The position numbers and the translations under genes are program-made. The notes beneath the pieces were generated by a model, which saw only the letters and a program-made list of their open reading frames with translations, was not told the origin of the DNA and ran no database searches. A stretch of DNA of 64,000 nt. It comes from Alphaproteobacteria bacterium. Lineage in GTDB: Bacteria; Pseudomonadota; Alphaproteobacteria; GCA-2731375. This document shows, piece by piece, positions 52,048-60,737 of this stretch. Numbering within the stretch: the stretch's first letter is position 1; the number at the start of each line of letters is the position of its first letter. The stretch spans positions 4,864,001 through 4,928,000 of the forward strand of contig CBDDPY010000002.1 in the NCBI GenBank assembly GCA_965232515.1. Reading direction: 5' to 3'.

Positions 52048-52662
52048 ATGACCCTGGTCGGCGAGAACCTGACCTGCATCCGCGGCGAGCGTCCGGTATT
52101 CGCCGGCCTGTCGTTCGAGATCGCGCCGGGCGGCGCGCTTTTGCTGCGGGGGCCGAACGGGGCCGGCAAGTCCAGTCTGTTGCGCATCGCCGCGACGCTG
52201 TTGAAGCCGGCCGACGGCCGCCTGCTGTGGCATGGCCAGCCAGCCGCGGACGACATCGAGGCCTATCGCGGCGCGCTCGAGTATGTCGGCCACCTGGACG
52301 CCGTGAAGCCGGTCCTGACCGTGTCCGAAAACGTCGCCTTCTGGACGCATTTGCGGGGTCGGGGCGATGTCCAGGCCGCCCTCGAACGCTTCGGCGTCGC
52401 CCATCTCGCCGAGGTGCCGGCCGGCATGCTGTCGGCCGGTCAGCGCAAGCGCGCGGCCCTTGCCCGTCTGCTCACGTCGTCGACCCGGCTCTGGTTGCTG
52501 GACGAGCCGACGGTGTCGCTCGATACCGATGGCGTCGCCGCCCTGGAAGCGGCCATCGCCGCGCATCGGGCCGGCGGCGGCATGGTCATGCTGGCGACGC
52601 ATGTCGACCTCGATCTCCCGGATGCCGCGGCGCTGCGTCTCGGCCGGCGGGCCGCGGCATGA
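52048..52662 (+). CDS. ccmA: Heme ABC exporter ATP-binding protein CcmA
   Basis: LTCIRGER, GPNGAGKSSLLR, YVGHLDAVK, LSAGQRKR, WLLDEP, LATH. Confidence 0.94.
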   Translation: MTLVGENLTCIRGERPVFAGLSFEIAPGGALLLRGPNGAGKSSLLRIAATLLKPADGRLLWHGQPAADDIEAYRGALEYVGHLDAVKPVLTVSENVAFWTHLRGRGDVQAALERFGVAHLAEVPAGMLSAGQRKRAALARLLTSSTRLWLLDEPTVSLDTDGVAALEAAIAAHRAGGGMVMLATHVDLDLPDAAALRLGRRAAA

Positions 52663-53324
52663 GGGAATTCATCGCCATTATCGGCCGCGATCTGCGCATT
52701 GCCGTGCGTCAGGGCAGCGCCACGGTGCTGGTCGTGGTGTTCTTCGTCATCACGGTGACGCTGTTCCCGCTCGGCGTCGGACCGGAACTGAACATTCTCG
52801 CCCGGATCGCGCCGGGCGTGATCTGGGTCGCCGCCTTGCTGGCGGCGCTGCTGTCGCTCGACCGGCTGTTCCAGGCCGACCTGGAGGACGGCAGCCTGGA
52901 ACAAATGGCGCTCGCCGGCCCGCCGCTCGAGATCGCCGTGCTGGCCAAGGTCGCGGCCCATTGGCTGACCACGGGCGTGCCGCTGATCGTCGCCGCCCCG
53001 GTGCTGGCGGTGTTGCTGAACATGGACGGCCGGGGATTCCTGGTATTGGTCGTCGCCATGGCCCTCGGCACGCCGATTTTGAGCCTGATCGGCGCCATCG
53101 GCGCCGCGTTAACCGTGAACATCCGGCGCGGCGGCGTGCTGCTGTCGCTCCTGGTGCTGCCGCTCTACGTGCCGGTGCTGATTTTCGGCGTCGGCGCTAT
53201 TGACGCGGCTGTGTTTGGCCTTGGGGGGCAGGCCAATCTATTGTTACTGGGCGCGCTGCTGCTGGCGGCTGTGACCCTGTGTCCGCTGGCCAGCGCCGCC
53301 GCATTGCGCTTGGCGCTGGAATAG
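52659..53324 (+). CDS. ccmB: Heme exporter protein CcmB
   Basis: LFPLGVGP, LDRLFQADLEDGSLE, KVAAHW, LPLYVPVLIFG. Confidence 0.95.
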   Translation: MREFIAIIGRDLRIAVRQGSATVLVVVFFVITVTLFPLGVGPELNILARIAPGVIWVAALLAALLSLDRLFQADLEDGSLEQMALAGPPLEIAVLAKVAAHWLTTGVPLIVAAPVLAVLLNMDGRGFLVLVVAMALGTPILSLIGAIGAALTVNIRRGGVLLSLLVLPLYVPVLIFGVGAIDAAVFGLGGQANLLLLGALLLAAVTLCPLASAAALRLALE

Positions 53325-53391
53325 GGCCAAACGCCGCAGTATCTTGCGGTTTTGCGGCGGCGTCGCTATGTCAAGGTCAACAGGTCGAGGT

Positions 53392-54159
53392 ATGCATCGT
53401 TTCGCCAACCCAACCCGGTTCATGCGGCTATCGGGCCGGATTCTGCCCTGGGCGGCCGGCCTTGCCGTCGTGCTCACGCTCGTCGGTCTGGTCTGGGGCC
53501 TGGGCTATGCGCCGCCCGACTACCAGCAGGGCGATACCGTGCGCATCATGTTCGTGCACGTGCCCGCCGCCTGGATGGCGATGTTCAGCTATACCTTCAT
53601 GGCCATCGCCAGCGCTACGGCGCTGATCTGGAAGCATCCGCTTGCCGATTTCTCCGCCAAGGCGGCCGCGCCCATCGGCGCCTGCTTTACGTTCATCGCG
53701 CTCGTCACCGGCTCGCTCTGGGGTCAGCCCATGTGGGGCACCTGGTGGGTCTGGGACGCGCGCCTGACGTCGGTCCTGGTGCTGTTCTTCCTTTATCTCG
53801 GCTACATGGCGCTGTGGCAGGCCATCGAAGACCCGCAGAAGGCCTCGCGGGCGGCCGCGATACTGGCGCTCGTCGGGTTCGTCAACGTGCCGATCATCAA
53901 GTTCTCGGTCGATTGGTGGTACACGCTGCATCAGCCCGCCAGCGTCATCCGCCTGGACGGCCCGGCCGTTCACCCCAGCATCCTCTGGCCACTGCTGGTC
54001 ATGGCGCTGGCCTTCAAGGCCTATTTCGTAACCGTGCTGCTGCTGCGCATCCGCAGCGAGATAAACCTGCGCAAGATCCGCGCAATGCAGCAGGCCCGGA
54101 TCGCCGAAGAGGTCGGCTTCGCCGCGCCGTCGGCGGCCGAGATGACGGGGCGGACATGA
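53392..54159 (+). CDS. ccmC: Heme exporter protein CcmC
   Basis: HVP, TGSLWGQPMWGTWWVWDARLT (WWD domain), SVDWWYTLHQ. Confidence 0.96.
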   Translation: MHRFANPTRFMRLSGRILPWAAGLAVVLTLVGLVWGLGYAPPDYQQGDTVRIMFVHVPAAWMAMFSYTFMAIASATALIWKHPLADFSAKAAAPIGACFTFIALVTGSLWGQPMWGTWWVWDARLTSVLVLFFLYLGYMALWQAIEDPQKASRAAAILALVGFVNVPIIKFSVDWWYTLHQPASVIRLDGPAVHPSILWPLLVMALAFKAYFVTVLLLRIRSEINLRKIRAMQQARIAEEVGFAAPSAAEMTGRT

Positions 54160-54341
54160 GCGAGTTTCTGGCCATGGGCGGCTACGGGGCGTTCGTATGG
54201 CCGTCCTATCTGATTACCGCCATCGTCATGCTGGGTCTGCTGGTCGTCTCGATCCGCACCTGGCGCGACAGCAAATCGACGCTCGAGAAACTGCAGGACG
54301 GCCGCCGCGGGCGGCGCCGTCCCAGGGATGACGCGACATGA
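54156..54341 (+). CDS. ccmD: Heme exporter protein CcmD
   Basis: MSEFLAMGGYGAFVWPSY, single TM, basic tail; between ccmC and ccmE. Confidence 0.92.
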   Translation: MSEFLAMGGYGAFVWPSYLITAIVMLGLLVVSIRTWRDSKSTLEKLQDGRRGRRRPRDDAT

Positions 54342-54781
54342 CGCGCAAGCGCCGCCGCCTTTATTTCGTCCTGGCCGGCATGGTCACGCTCGGCCTCGCG
54401 ACGACGCTCGTCCTGATCGCGTTCCAGGACAACCTTGTGTTCTTCTATTCCCCGTCCGACGTCGTCGAGAAGGGGGTCGAGCCGGACCGCCGCTTCCGGA
54501 TCGGCGGCTTGGTCGAGGAGAACAGCGTCACCCGGACCGACGGCGACATCACCGTGGCGTTCCGGGTGACCGATCAGGTGCATGCGGTGCCGGTGGTGTT
54601 CCGCGGGCTGCTGCCGGACCTGTTCCGCGAGGGGCAGGGCATCGTCGCCGAGGGCACGCTCAACGGCGAAGGCGTGTTCGTGGCCAGCGAGGTGCTGGCC
54701 AAGCACGACGAAAACTATATGCCGCCCGAGGTCGCCGACGCATTGAAGCGATCCGGGCAATGGCAGGGAGAAGAAAAATGA
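54338..54781 (+). CDS. ccmE: Heme chaperone CcmE
   Basis: FFYSPS, RIGGLV, LPDLFREGQG, LAKHDENYMPPEV (HxxxY). Confidence 0.97.
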   Translation: MTRKRRRLYFVLAGMVTLGLATTLVLIAFQDNLVFFYSPSDVVEKGVEPDRRFRIGGLVEENSVTRTDGDITVAFRVTDQVHAVPVVFRGLLPDLFREGQGIVAEGTLNGEGVFVASEVLAKHDENYMPPEVADALKRSGQWQGEEK

Positions 54782-55728
54782 GCGACGGCAAAGTCGACGT
54801 GATCCAGACCGTACCCATGCCGGCGTTCGCCGCCGACCGGCTGGCCGAGCTGTTTGTCGTGCATCATCCCTGGCAGGCCGATGACCTTGACGAGTTTTAT
54901 GCCGGCGTGCGCGGCAAGGTGCGCGGCGTCGCCACGTCCGGTCCCGGTCCGCTCGACCGCGCCTTCATGGACAAGCTGCCGAAGCTTGAGATCATCGCCA
55001 ACTTCGCCGTCGGCGTCGACGCCGTCGATCTCGATGCGGCGCGCGAGAAGAAGATCATCGTCACCAACACGCCCGATGTGCTGACCGACTGCGTCGCCGA
55101 CTTTGCCATGGGCATGGTCATCGCCGTTATGCGGCGCGTGGCGGAGGGAGACCGTTACGTGCGTGCCGGCCGCTGGGCGACCAAGGGCGACTTGACCCTG
55201 TCGACATCGCTGCGCGGCAAGACGCTCGGTATCATCGGCCTCGGCCGGATCGGCAAGGAGCTGGCGAAGCGGGCCGAGGCATTCGGTATGGCCATCGCCT
55301 ATCACGGCCGCAATCCGCAGGCGGAGGTCGACTACGCCTATCACGCCGAGCCGGCGGCGCTGGCCGCCGCCAGCGATTGCCTGGCTTTGACCTGTCCCGG
55401 TGGCGCGGGCACCTATCATCTGGTCGATGCCGCCGTGCTGCAGGCGCTCGGAGCGACGAGTTTCCTCGTGAATGCCGCGCGCGGCAGCGTGGTCGACGAG
55501 GCGGCGCTGATCAAGGCATTGACCGACGGCGTCATCGCCGGCGCGGCGCTGGACGTGTTCGAGAACGAACCGCACGTGCCGGAAGCGCTGTTCGCCATGG
55601 AGAACGTTGTGGTGCAGCCACACCAGGCCAGCGCCACCTACGAGACGCGCAAGGCCATGGGCGATCTGATGATCGACAATCTGGTCGCGCACTTTGCCGG
55701 CGATCCGCCGCTGACGCCCGTGGTCTGA
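54778..55728 (+). CDS. D-isomer-specific 2-hydroxyacid dehydrogenase (glyoxylate/hydroxypyruvate reductase-like)
   Basis: VGVDAVD, TNTPDVL, GIIGLGRIG, NAARGSVVDE, LDVFENEP, PHQASAT; ATGA overlap with ccmE. Confidence 0.93.
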   Translation: MSDGKVDVIQTVPMPAFAADRLAELFVVHHPWQADDLDEFYAGVRGKVRGVATSGPGPLDRAFMDKLPKLEIIANFAVGVDAVDLDAAREKKIIVTNTPDVLTDCVADFAMGMVIAVMRRVAEGDRYVRAGRWATKGDLTLSTSLRGKTLGIIGLGRIGKELAKRAEAFGMAIAYHGRNPQAEVDYAYHAEPAALAAASDCLALTCPGGAGTYHLVDAAVLQALGATSFLVNAARGSVVDEAALIKALTDGVIAGAALDVFENEPHVPEALFAMENVVVQPHQASATYETRKAMGDLMIDNLVAHFAGDPPLTPVV

Positions 55729-55798
55729 AGAACGGTCGAACGAAACCGCGCCATGACCGTTTTGACAACTGAACCGACTTGGAAAGACGATTGCCGTC

Positions 55799-57811
55799 AT
55801 GATCCCTGAAATCGGCCAGTTCGCCCTGATCCTGGCGCTTGTCGTCGCTGTCGTCCAAGGCACGCTGCCGTTGATCGGCGCGCATCGCGGCGACCCCGGC
55901 TGGATCGCCGTCGCCCGTCCGGCCGCCATCACCCAGGTACTGCTGGTCGCGCTCTCTTTTGCCTGCCTGACGCATGCCTATGTCGTCTCGGACTTCTCGG
56001 TCCTGAACGTCGCCAACAACTCGCACTCGGCGAAGCCGATGCTCTACAAGATCTCCGGCGTCTGGGGCAATCACGAGGGCTCGCTGCTGCTCTGGGTGCT
56101 GATCCTGGCGCTGTTCGGCAGCGCCGTGGCGGTCTTCGGCGGCAACCTGCCGGAAGCGTTCCGGGCCCGTGTGCTGGCCGTGCAGTCGTTGATCGCGGTC
56201 GGCTTCCTGGCTTTCACGATCTTCACCTCGAACCCGTTCGAGCGGCTGGTGCCGGCGCCCATCGACGGCAACGGCCTCAACCCGCTGCTGCAGGACCCGG
56301 GCCTCGCCTTCCACCCGCCGTTCCTCTATCTCGGCTATGTCGGCTTCTCGATGGCCTTCTCGTTCGCCGTCGCCGCGCTGATCGAGGGCCGGGTCGAGCC
56401 GGCCTGGGCGCGCTGGGTGCGGCCCTGGACGCTCGCCGCCTGGTGCTTCCTGACCATTGGCATCGGCCTCGGCAGCTGGTGGGCCTATTACGAGCTCGGC
56501 TGGGGCGGCTGGTGGTTCTGGGACCCGGTCGAGAACGCGTCCTTCATGCCGTGGCTCGCGGGCACCGCGCTCCTGCATTCGGCCATCGTGGTCGAGAAGC
56601 GCGACGCGCTGAAGAACTGGACCATCCTGCTGGCGATCCTGACCTTCTCGCTCAGCCTGCTCGGCACCTTCCTGGTCCGCTCGGGTGTGCTGACCTCTGT
56701 GCACGCGTTTGCCAGCGATCCCGAGCGCGGCGTCTTCATCCTGATGTTCTTGGCCATCGTCGTCGCCGGCTCGCTGACGCTCTACGCCATCCGCGCGCCC
56801 GGCATGAAGCGTGGTGGCCTGTTCGCGCCGATCAGCCGCGAGGGCGCGCTGGTGCTGAACAATCTCTTGCTGTCGATCGCCTGCGCCGGGGTGCTGATCG
56901 GCACGCTCTATCCGCTGTTCCTCGACAGCCTGACCGGCGAGAAGGTGTCGATCGGTCCGCCTTACTTCAATCTGGTGTTCGGCGTGATCATGATGCCGCT
57001 CTTGCTGGCGGTCGCGGTCGGGCCGCTGCTGCCCTGGAAGCGCGGCGATCTCGCCGGCGCCGTCGCCCGGCTGAAGGTGGCGTTCGCGGTCGCGCTCGCG
57101 GCCATTCTGCTGACGCTGGTGATGGCCTATGACGGCCCCTGGCTGGCGATCCCGATGGTCGGCGTCGGCGCCTGGGTGACGGTCTCGGCGGTGGTCGAGT
57201 TCGCCGACCGGATCAAGCTGTTCCGGACCGGTGCGGCCGAAAGCTGGCGGCGCGCCCGCAACCTGCCGCGCGCGGCCTGGGGCATGACGCTCGCCCATGC
57301 CGGCCTCGGCATCACCATGCTCGGCATCGTCGGCGTCAGCGCCTGGGAGATGGAGCGGGCGCAGGTCATGCGGGCCGGCGACAGCATCGAGTTCGCCGGC
57401 TTCCACTTTACCTTCGAGGGCGCGCAGCCCATGCGCGGGCCCAATTACAGCGGCACCGAGGGTGTCTTCACGGTGCGCCGCCATGCCGGCGGCGAACCCT
57501 TGTCGACACTGCGGCCGGAGACGCGCACCTATCCGAATCCGCCGATGCAGACCACCGAGGCGGCGATCCAACCGGCGCTCACCGGCGACCTCTATGCCGT
57601 CGTCGGCGATCCTGACGGCAGCGGCGGCTGGTCGACCCGACTGCACCACAAGCCGATGATCCACTGGATCTGGGGCGGTTCCCTGATCATGGTCCTGGGC
57701 GGCTTCGTTTCCTTGTCCGACCGCCGTCTGCGTGTCGGCGCGCCGTCGCGCAAGCGTCGGCGCGAACCGCTCGGCCCGACCGCGGCGGCGGCGGCCGGTG
57801 GCGATGATTGA
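55799..57811 (+). CDS. ccmF: Cytochrome c heme lyase CcmF
   Basis: WGNHEGS, LNPLLQD, HPPFLYLGY, WAYYELGWGGWWFWDPVENAS, SVHAF, AHAG. Confidence 0.97.
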   Translation: MIPEIGQFALILALVVAVVQGTLPLIGAHRGDPGWIAVARPAAITQVLLVALSFACLTHAYVVSDFSVLNVANNSHSAKPMLYKISGVWGNHEGSLLLWVLILALFGSAVAVFGGNLPEAFRARVLAVQSLIAVGFLAFTIFTSNPFERLVPAPIDGNGLNPLLQDPGLAFHPPFLYLGYVGFSMAFSFAVAALIEGRVEPAWARWVRPWTLAAWCFLTIGIGLGSWWAYYELGWGGWWFWDPVENASFMPWLAGTALLHSAIVVEKRDALKNWTILLAILTFSLSLLGTFLVRSGVLTSVHAFASDPERGVFILMFLAIVVAGSLTLYAIRAPGMKRGGLFAPISREGALVLNNLLLSIACAGVLIGTLYPLFLDSLTGEKVSIGPPYFNLVFGVIMMPLLLAVAVGPLLPWKRGDLAGAVARLKVAFAVALAAILLTLVMAYDGPWLAIPMVGVGAWVTVSAVVEFADRIKLFRTGAAESWRRARNLPRAAWGMTLAHAGLGITMLGIVGVSAWEMERAQVMRAGDSIEFAGFHFTFEGAQPMRGPNYSGTEGVFTVRRHAGGEPLSTLRPETRTYPNPPMQTTEAAIQPALTGDLYAVVGDPDGSGGWSTRLHHKPMIHWIWGGSLIMVLGGFVSLSDRRLRVGAPSRKRRREPLGPTAAAAAGGDD

Positions 57812-57843
57812 GCGGCCGAAGATGATGACATCCGGAGACTGGC

Positions 57844-58455
57844 ATGGCTGAACGCACCGACGTGGGCCCCGGAGTCGAGGCAACGCCCGGACCGAACCGC
57901 GGCCGGCGGATCGCCCTCGCGGTCCTGCCGCTTCTGGTGTTCGGCAGCATCGCCGTGTTTCTGTTCAACGGCCTCTATCTCAATCCGCGCGAGATCCCCT
58001 CGGCGCTGCTGGACAAGCCGGTGCCCCAGTTCGACATGCCGCCGATCGCCGGCCGCGAGGGTCCCGGGCTCGCGACATCGGATCTCAAGGGCGAGGTCTC
58101 GCTGGTCAACGTCTTTGCGTCCTGGTGCGCCGCCTGCCGTGTTGAGCATCCGCTGCTGATGCGGCTCGCCGAGCAGAACGTCGTGCCGGTGCACGGTCTG
58201 AACTACAAGGACAGGCCGGATGCGGCGCTCGCCTGGCTGGGGCGCTTCGGTGATCCCTATGACCGTGTCGGCAGCGATCTCAGCGGCCGCGTCGGCATCG
58301 ACTGGGGTGTCTATGGCGTGCCCGAGACATTCGTGGTTAACGCCGAGGGGCGGATCGTCTGCAAACATATCGGTCCGGTGATGGATCGCGACCTCGACGA
58401 CAAGCTGCTGCCCGCTATTCAAGCGGCCCGCGCCGGCCTGGCGGTGACATGCTGA
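57844..58455 (+). CDS. ccmG: Thiol:disulfide oxidoreductase CcmG/DsbE
   Basis: NVFASWCAACRVEHP, NYKD, GVYGVPETF. Confidence 0.95.
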   Translation: MAERTDVGPGVEATPGPNRGRRIALAVLPLLVFGSIAVFLFNGLYLNPREIPSALLDKPVPQFDMPPIAGREGPGLATSDLKGEVSLVNVFASWCAACRVEHPLLMRLAEQNVVPVHGLNYKDRPDAALAWLGRFGDPYDRVGSDLSGRVGIDWGVYGVPETFVVNAEGRIVCKHIGPVMDRDLDDKLLPAIQAARAGLAVTC

Positions 58456-58925
58456 CCTGGCTCCGCACCGCCGCCTGCCTGGCTATTCTAGTTCTGGTCG
58501 CGCCGGCGCTCGCCTTCGAGGTCGACACCCCCTTGCCCGATCCGGCACAGGAAGAACGCGCCCGTGCCATTCACAAACAGCTTCGTTGCCTGGTGTGTCA
58601 GAACCAGTCAATCGACGATTCCAACGCCCCGCTTGCCGTCGATTTGCGCCACCTGGTGCGCGAACGGATCGGCCAGGGCGACAGCGACGCCGAGACCGTC
58701 GCCTATGTCGTCGCCCGCTACGGCGACTGGGTGCTGCTGAACCCGCCGTTCAAATTAACCACGCTGGCGCTCTGGATCGGGCCGTTCGTGCTGCTTCTGG
58801 TCGCCGTCGTCGGTGTCCGGATCTGGTACCGCCGGCAGTCCCGGGAATCCGGGGATACGGAAGGGCTGAGCGCGGACGAGCGGCGGCGGCTCGACGCATT
58901 GCTAAAGGACTCCGAGGCCTCGTGA
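58449..58925 (+). CDS. ccmH: Cytochrome c biogenesis protein CcmH (CycL)
   Basis: LRCLVCQNQSIDDSNA, RYGDWVL, LWIGP. Confidence 0.95.
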   Translation: MLTWLRTAACLAILVLVAPALAFEVDTPLPDPAQEERARAIHKQLRCLVCQNQSIDDSNAPLAVDLRHLVRERIGQGDSDAETVAYVVARYGDWVLLNPPFKLTTLALWIGPFVLLLVAVVGVRIWYRRQSRESGDTEGLSADERRRLDALLKDSEAS

Positions 58926-60328
58926 TGCTCTGGCTGGCGCTGGGCGCCATCATGCTGGCGGTGATCGGCCTGCTGCTTGTGCCGATGCTGCGCGCGGCCG
59001 CGCCCGAGAAAGGCCGCCTGGACCACGATATCCAGGTTTACCGCGATCAGCTGGCCGAAATCGAGACGGATGTCTGGCGGGGCGTGATTTCCCCGGACGA
59101 GGCGGCCTCGGCCAAGGCCGAAATCGAGCGTCGGATCCTGCGGGCCGCCGACGCCGGCGCCGGCGAGCGCGTCACGGACGCCTCCTGGCGGACGGTCACG
59201 GCCGGAATCCTGGCCGTATTCCTGCCCGTTGCCGCGGTTGCGCTCTATATCCAGCTCGGGATGCCGAACGAGCCGGGCCAGCCGCTCGCGGCCCGCGATA
59301 TGCCGGCCGCGCCGGCGCAGCCGCCGTCCGGCGACATGGCGGAGCTGGCCGAAGGCCTGGCCCAGCGCCTGGCGGACAATCCGGAAGACCGCCAGGGCTG
59401 GCTGCTGCTCGGCCGGTCCTACTGGCAGATCGGCCGTTTCGACGCCGCCGCCGAGGCGTTCGGCCGGGCCGTCGCGCTCGACGACGGCGATCCTTCGGCG
59501 CACATGTCCCAGGGCGAGGCCCTGGTTTTTGCCGCCGAGGGCATGGTGACGGCCGGCGCCAAGGCGGCGTTCCGCCGGACCCTGGCGCTGGATGCCCGCC
59601 ATCCGGGCGCGCGCTACTACCTGGCGTTGGGTTTTTTGCAGGCCGGCGAGCCACAGCGGGCCTATGACGCCTGGTTGGCGCTGGCCAGGGAATCGCCGCC
59701 CGATGCGCCTTGGATGGGGCCCCTGCGCGGGCGGCTGGCCGAGGTGGGCGCCGAGCTTGGGATTGATGTCGAGACCGCGCTGGCGGCCCTCCCAGCGCCC
59801 CAGGCCGTGCCTGCGGCCCCGGCGGCGCCAGGCCCGACCCGCGAGGATGTCGAGGCCGCGGCCGAGATGTCCGACGAGGACCGGCAGGCCTTCATCCGCT
59901 CCATGGTGCAGCGCCTGGCCGACCGCCTGGCCGAGAGCCCGGAAGATTTCGAGGGCTGGATGCGCTTGGGCCAGGCCTATACGGTGCTCGGCGAGGGCGC
60001 CAAATCGGCCGAGGCGTTCGCCCGTGCCAGCGGCCTTCAGCCCACGAATCCCGCCGCGCTCGCGGCCCATGCCGAGGCGCTGATCGCCGCGGCGGACCCC
60101 GAAGCGCCACCGCCGGTTGAAGCCATCGAGATCTATCGTCGCCTGTTGGCGCTGGAGCCATCGCATCCGGCCGGTCTCTGGTACACCGGCCTCGCGGACG
60201 CAAGTGTCGGGAAATTTGACAACGCGGCCGCCGCCTGGCGCCTTCTTTTACAGCAGATGTCGCCGGGCAGTGATGAGTATGTCAGCCTGCAGGCGCAGAT
60301 CGCCCGGCTGGAGGCCGCGGCCCGCTGA
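58925..60328 (+). CDS. ccmI: Cytochrome c biogenesis protein CcmI (CycH), TPR-containing
   Basis: N-terminal TM, VYRDQLAEI, EIERRIL, second TM with LY..LG.P, TPR motifs (GWLLLGRSY, GWMRLGQAY). Confidence 0.92.
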   Translation: MLWLALGAIMLAVIGLLLVPMLRAAAPEKGRLDHDIQVYRDQLAEIETDVWRGVISPDEAASAKAEIERRILRAADAGAGERVTDASWRTVTAGILAVFLPVAAVALYIQLGMPNEPGQPLAARDMPAAPAQPPSGDMAELAEGLAQRLADNPEDRQGWLLLGRSYWQIGRFDAAAEAFGRAVALDDGDPSAHMSQGEALVFAAEGMVTAGAKAAFRRTLALDARHPGARYYLALGFLQAGEPQRAYDAWLALARESPPDAPWMGPLRGRLAEVGAELGIDVETALAALPAPQAVPAAPAAPGPTREDVEAAAEMSDEDRQAFIRSMVQRLADRLAESPEDFEGWMRLGQAYTVLGEGAKSAEAFARASGLQPTNPAALAAHAEALIAAADPEAPPPVEAIEIYRRLLALEPSHPAGLWYTGLADASVGKFDNAAAAWRLLLQQMSPGSDEYVSLQAQIARLEAAAR

Positions 60329-60384
60329 GGCCCGCGGGCGGCCGCCGGAACAGGCCGCCCTAATCAACCGTTTGCCCCACAAGC

Positions 60385-60411
60385 AAAAAAAGAGGCGCCC
60401 GAAGGCGCCTC
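60385..60411 (-). terminator. Rho-independent terminator of the candidate sRNA
   Basis: Minus strand GAGGCGCC-TTCG-GGCGCCTC-TTTTTTT; the U-tract is on the minus strand, opposite to the ccm operon. Confidence 0.85.
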
Positions 60412-60511
60412 AAGTTCTATCCAACCGGGTTGAGGGCATCAACGGTTGGACAGAGAGGGAAAGCTTTACGCTTTGGAGGTTCGGCAACGGCAAGCCGCCG
60501 CCGAACCTCAC
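60385..60511 (-). ncRNA. Candidate sigma54-dependent small RNA (~127 nt)
   Basis: Bounded by a consensus -24/-12 promoter and an intrinsic terminator; two long internal hairpins flanking a CU-rich linker; no credible ORF. Confidence 0.65.
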
Positions 60512-60520
60512 CCTAATTAT

Positions 60521-60538
60521 TAGCAACTTGCATGCCAA
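60521..60538 (-). promoter_or_regulatory. sigma54 (RpoN) -24/-12 promoter
   Basis: Minus strand TTGGCATG-CAAG-TTGCTA fits TGGCACG-N4-TTGCW (one mismatch); predicted +1 near 60511; AT-rich region upstream. Confidence 0.75.
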
Positions 60539-60737
60539 AATTCGAGCATATCTGTTACTTCTTTTGAGAAGAATCGTCGACGTATTAGTTATTATTCAAG
60601 TTATGGTGGTGGGAGCCTTGTTAACCATTTCCGTGTGACTGCTCAACATTCGGCGCCGGCGACGATCGGCGTTGACCGGGACGTGTGTTCAGCTAGTCTG
60701 GCGCCAAGCGGCGAAGGCCGCCATTTGGGAGGCGCTT

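Noticed and set aside
60117-60638. 173-aa plus-strand ORF spanning the ccmI end and the intergenic region
   Set aside because: Off-frame overlap with ccmI, atypical codon usage, and it runs across the terminator and promoter elements of the candidate sRNA
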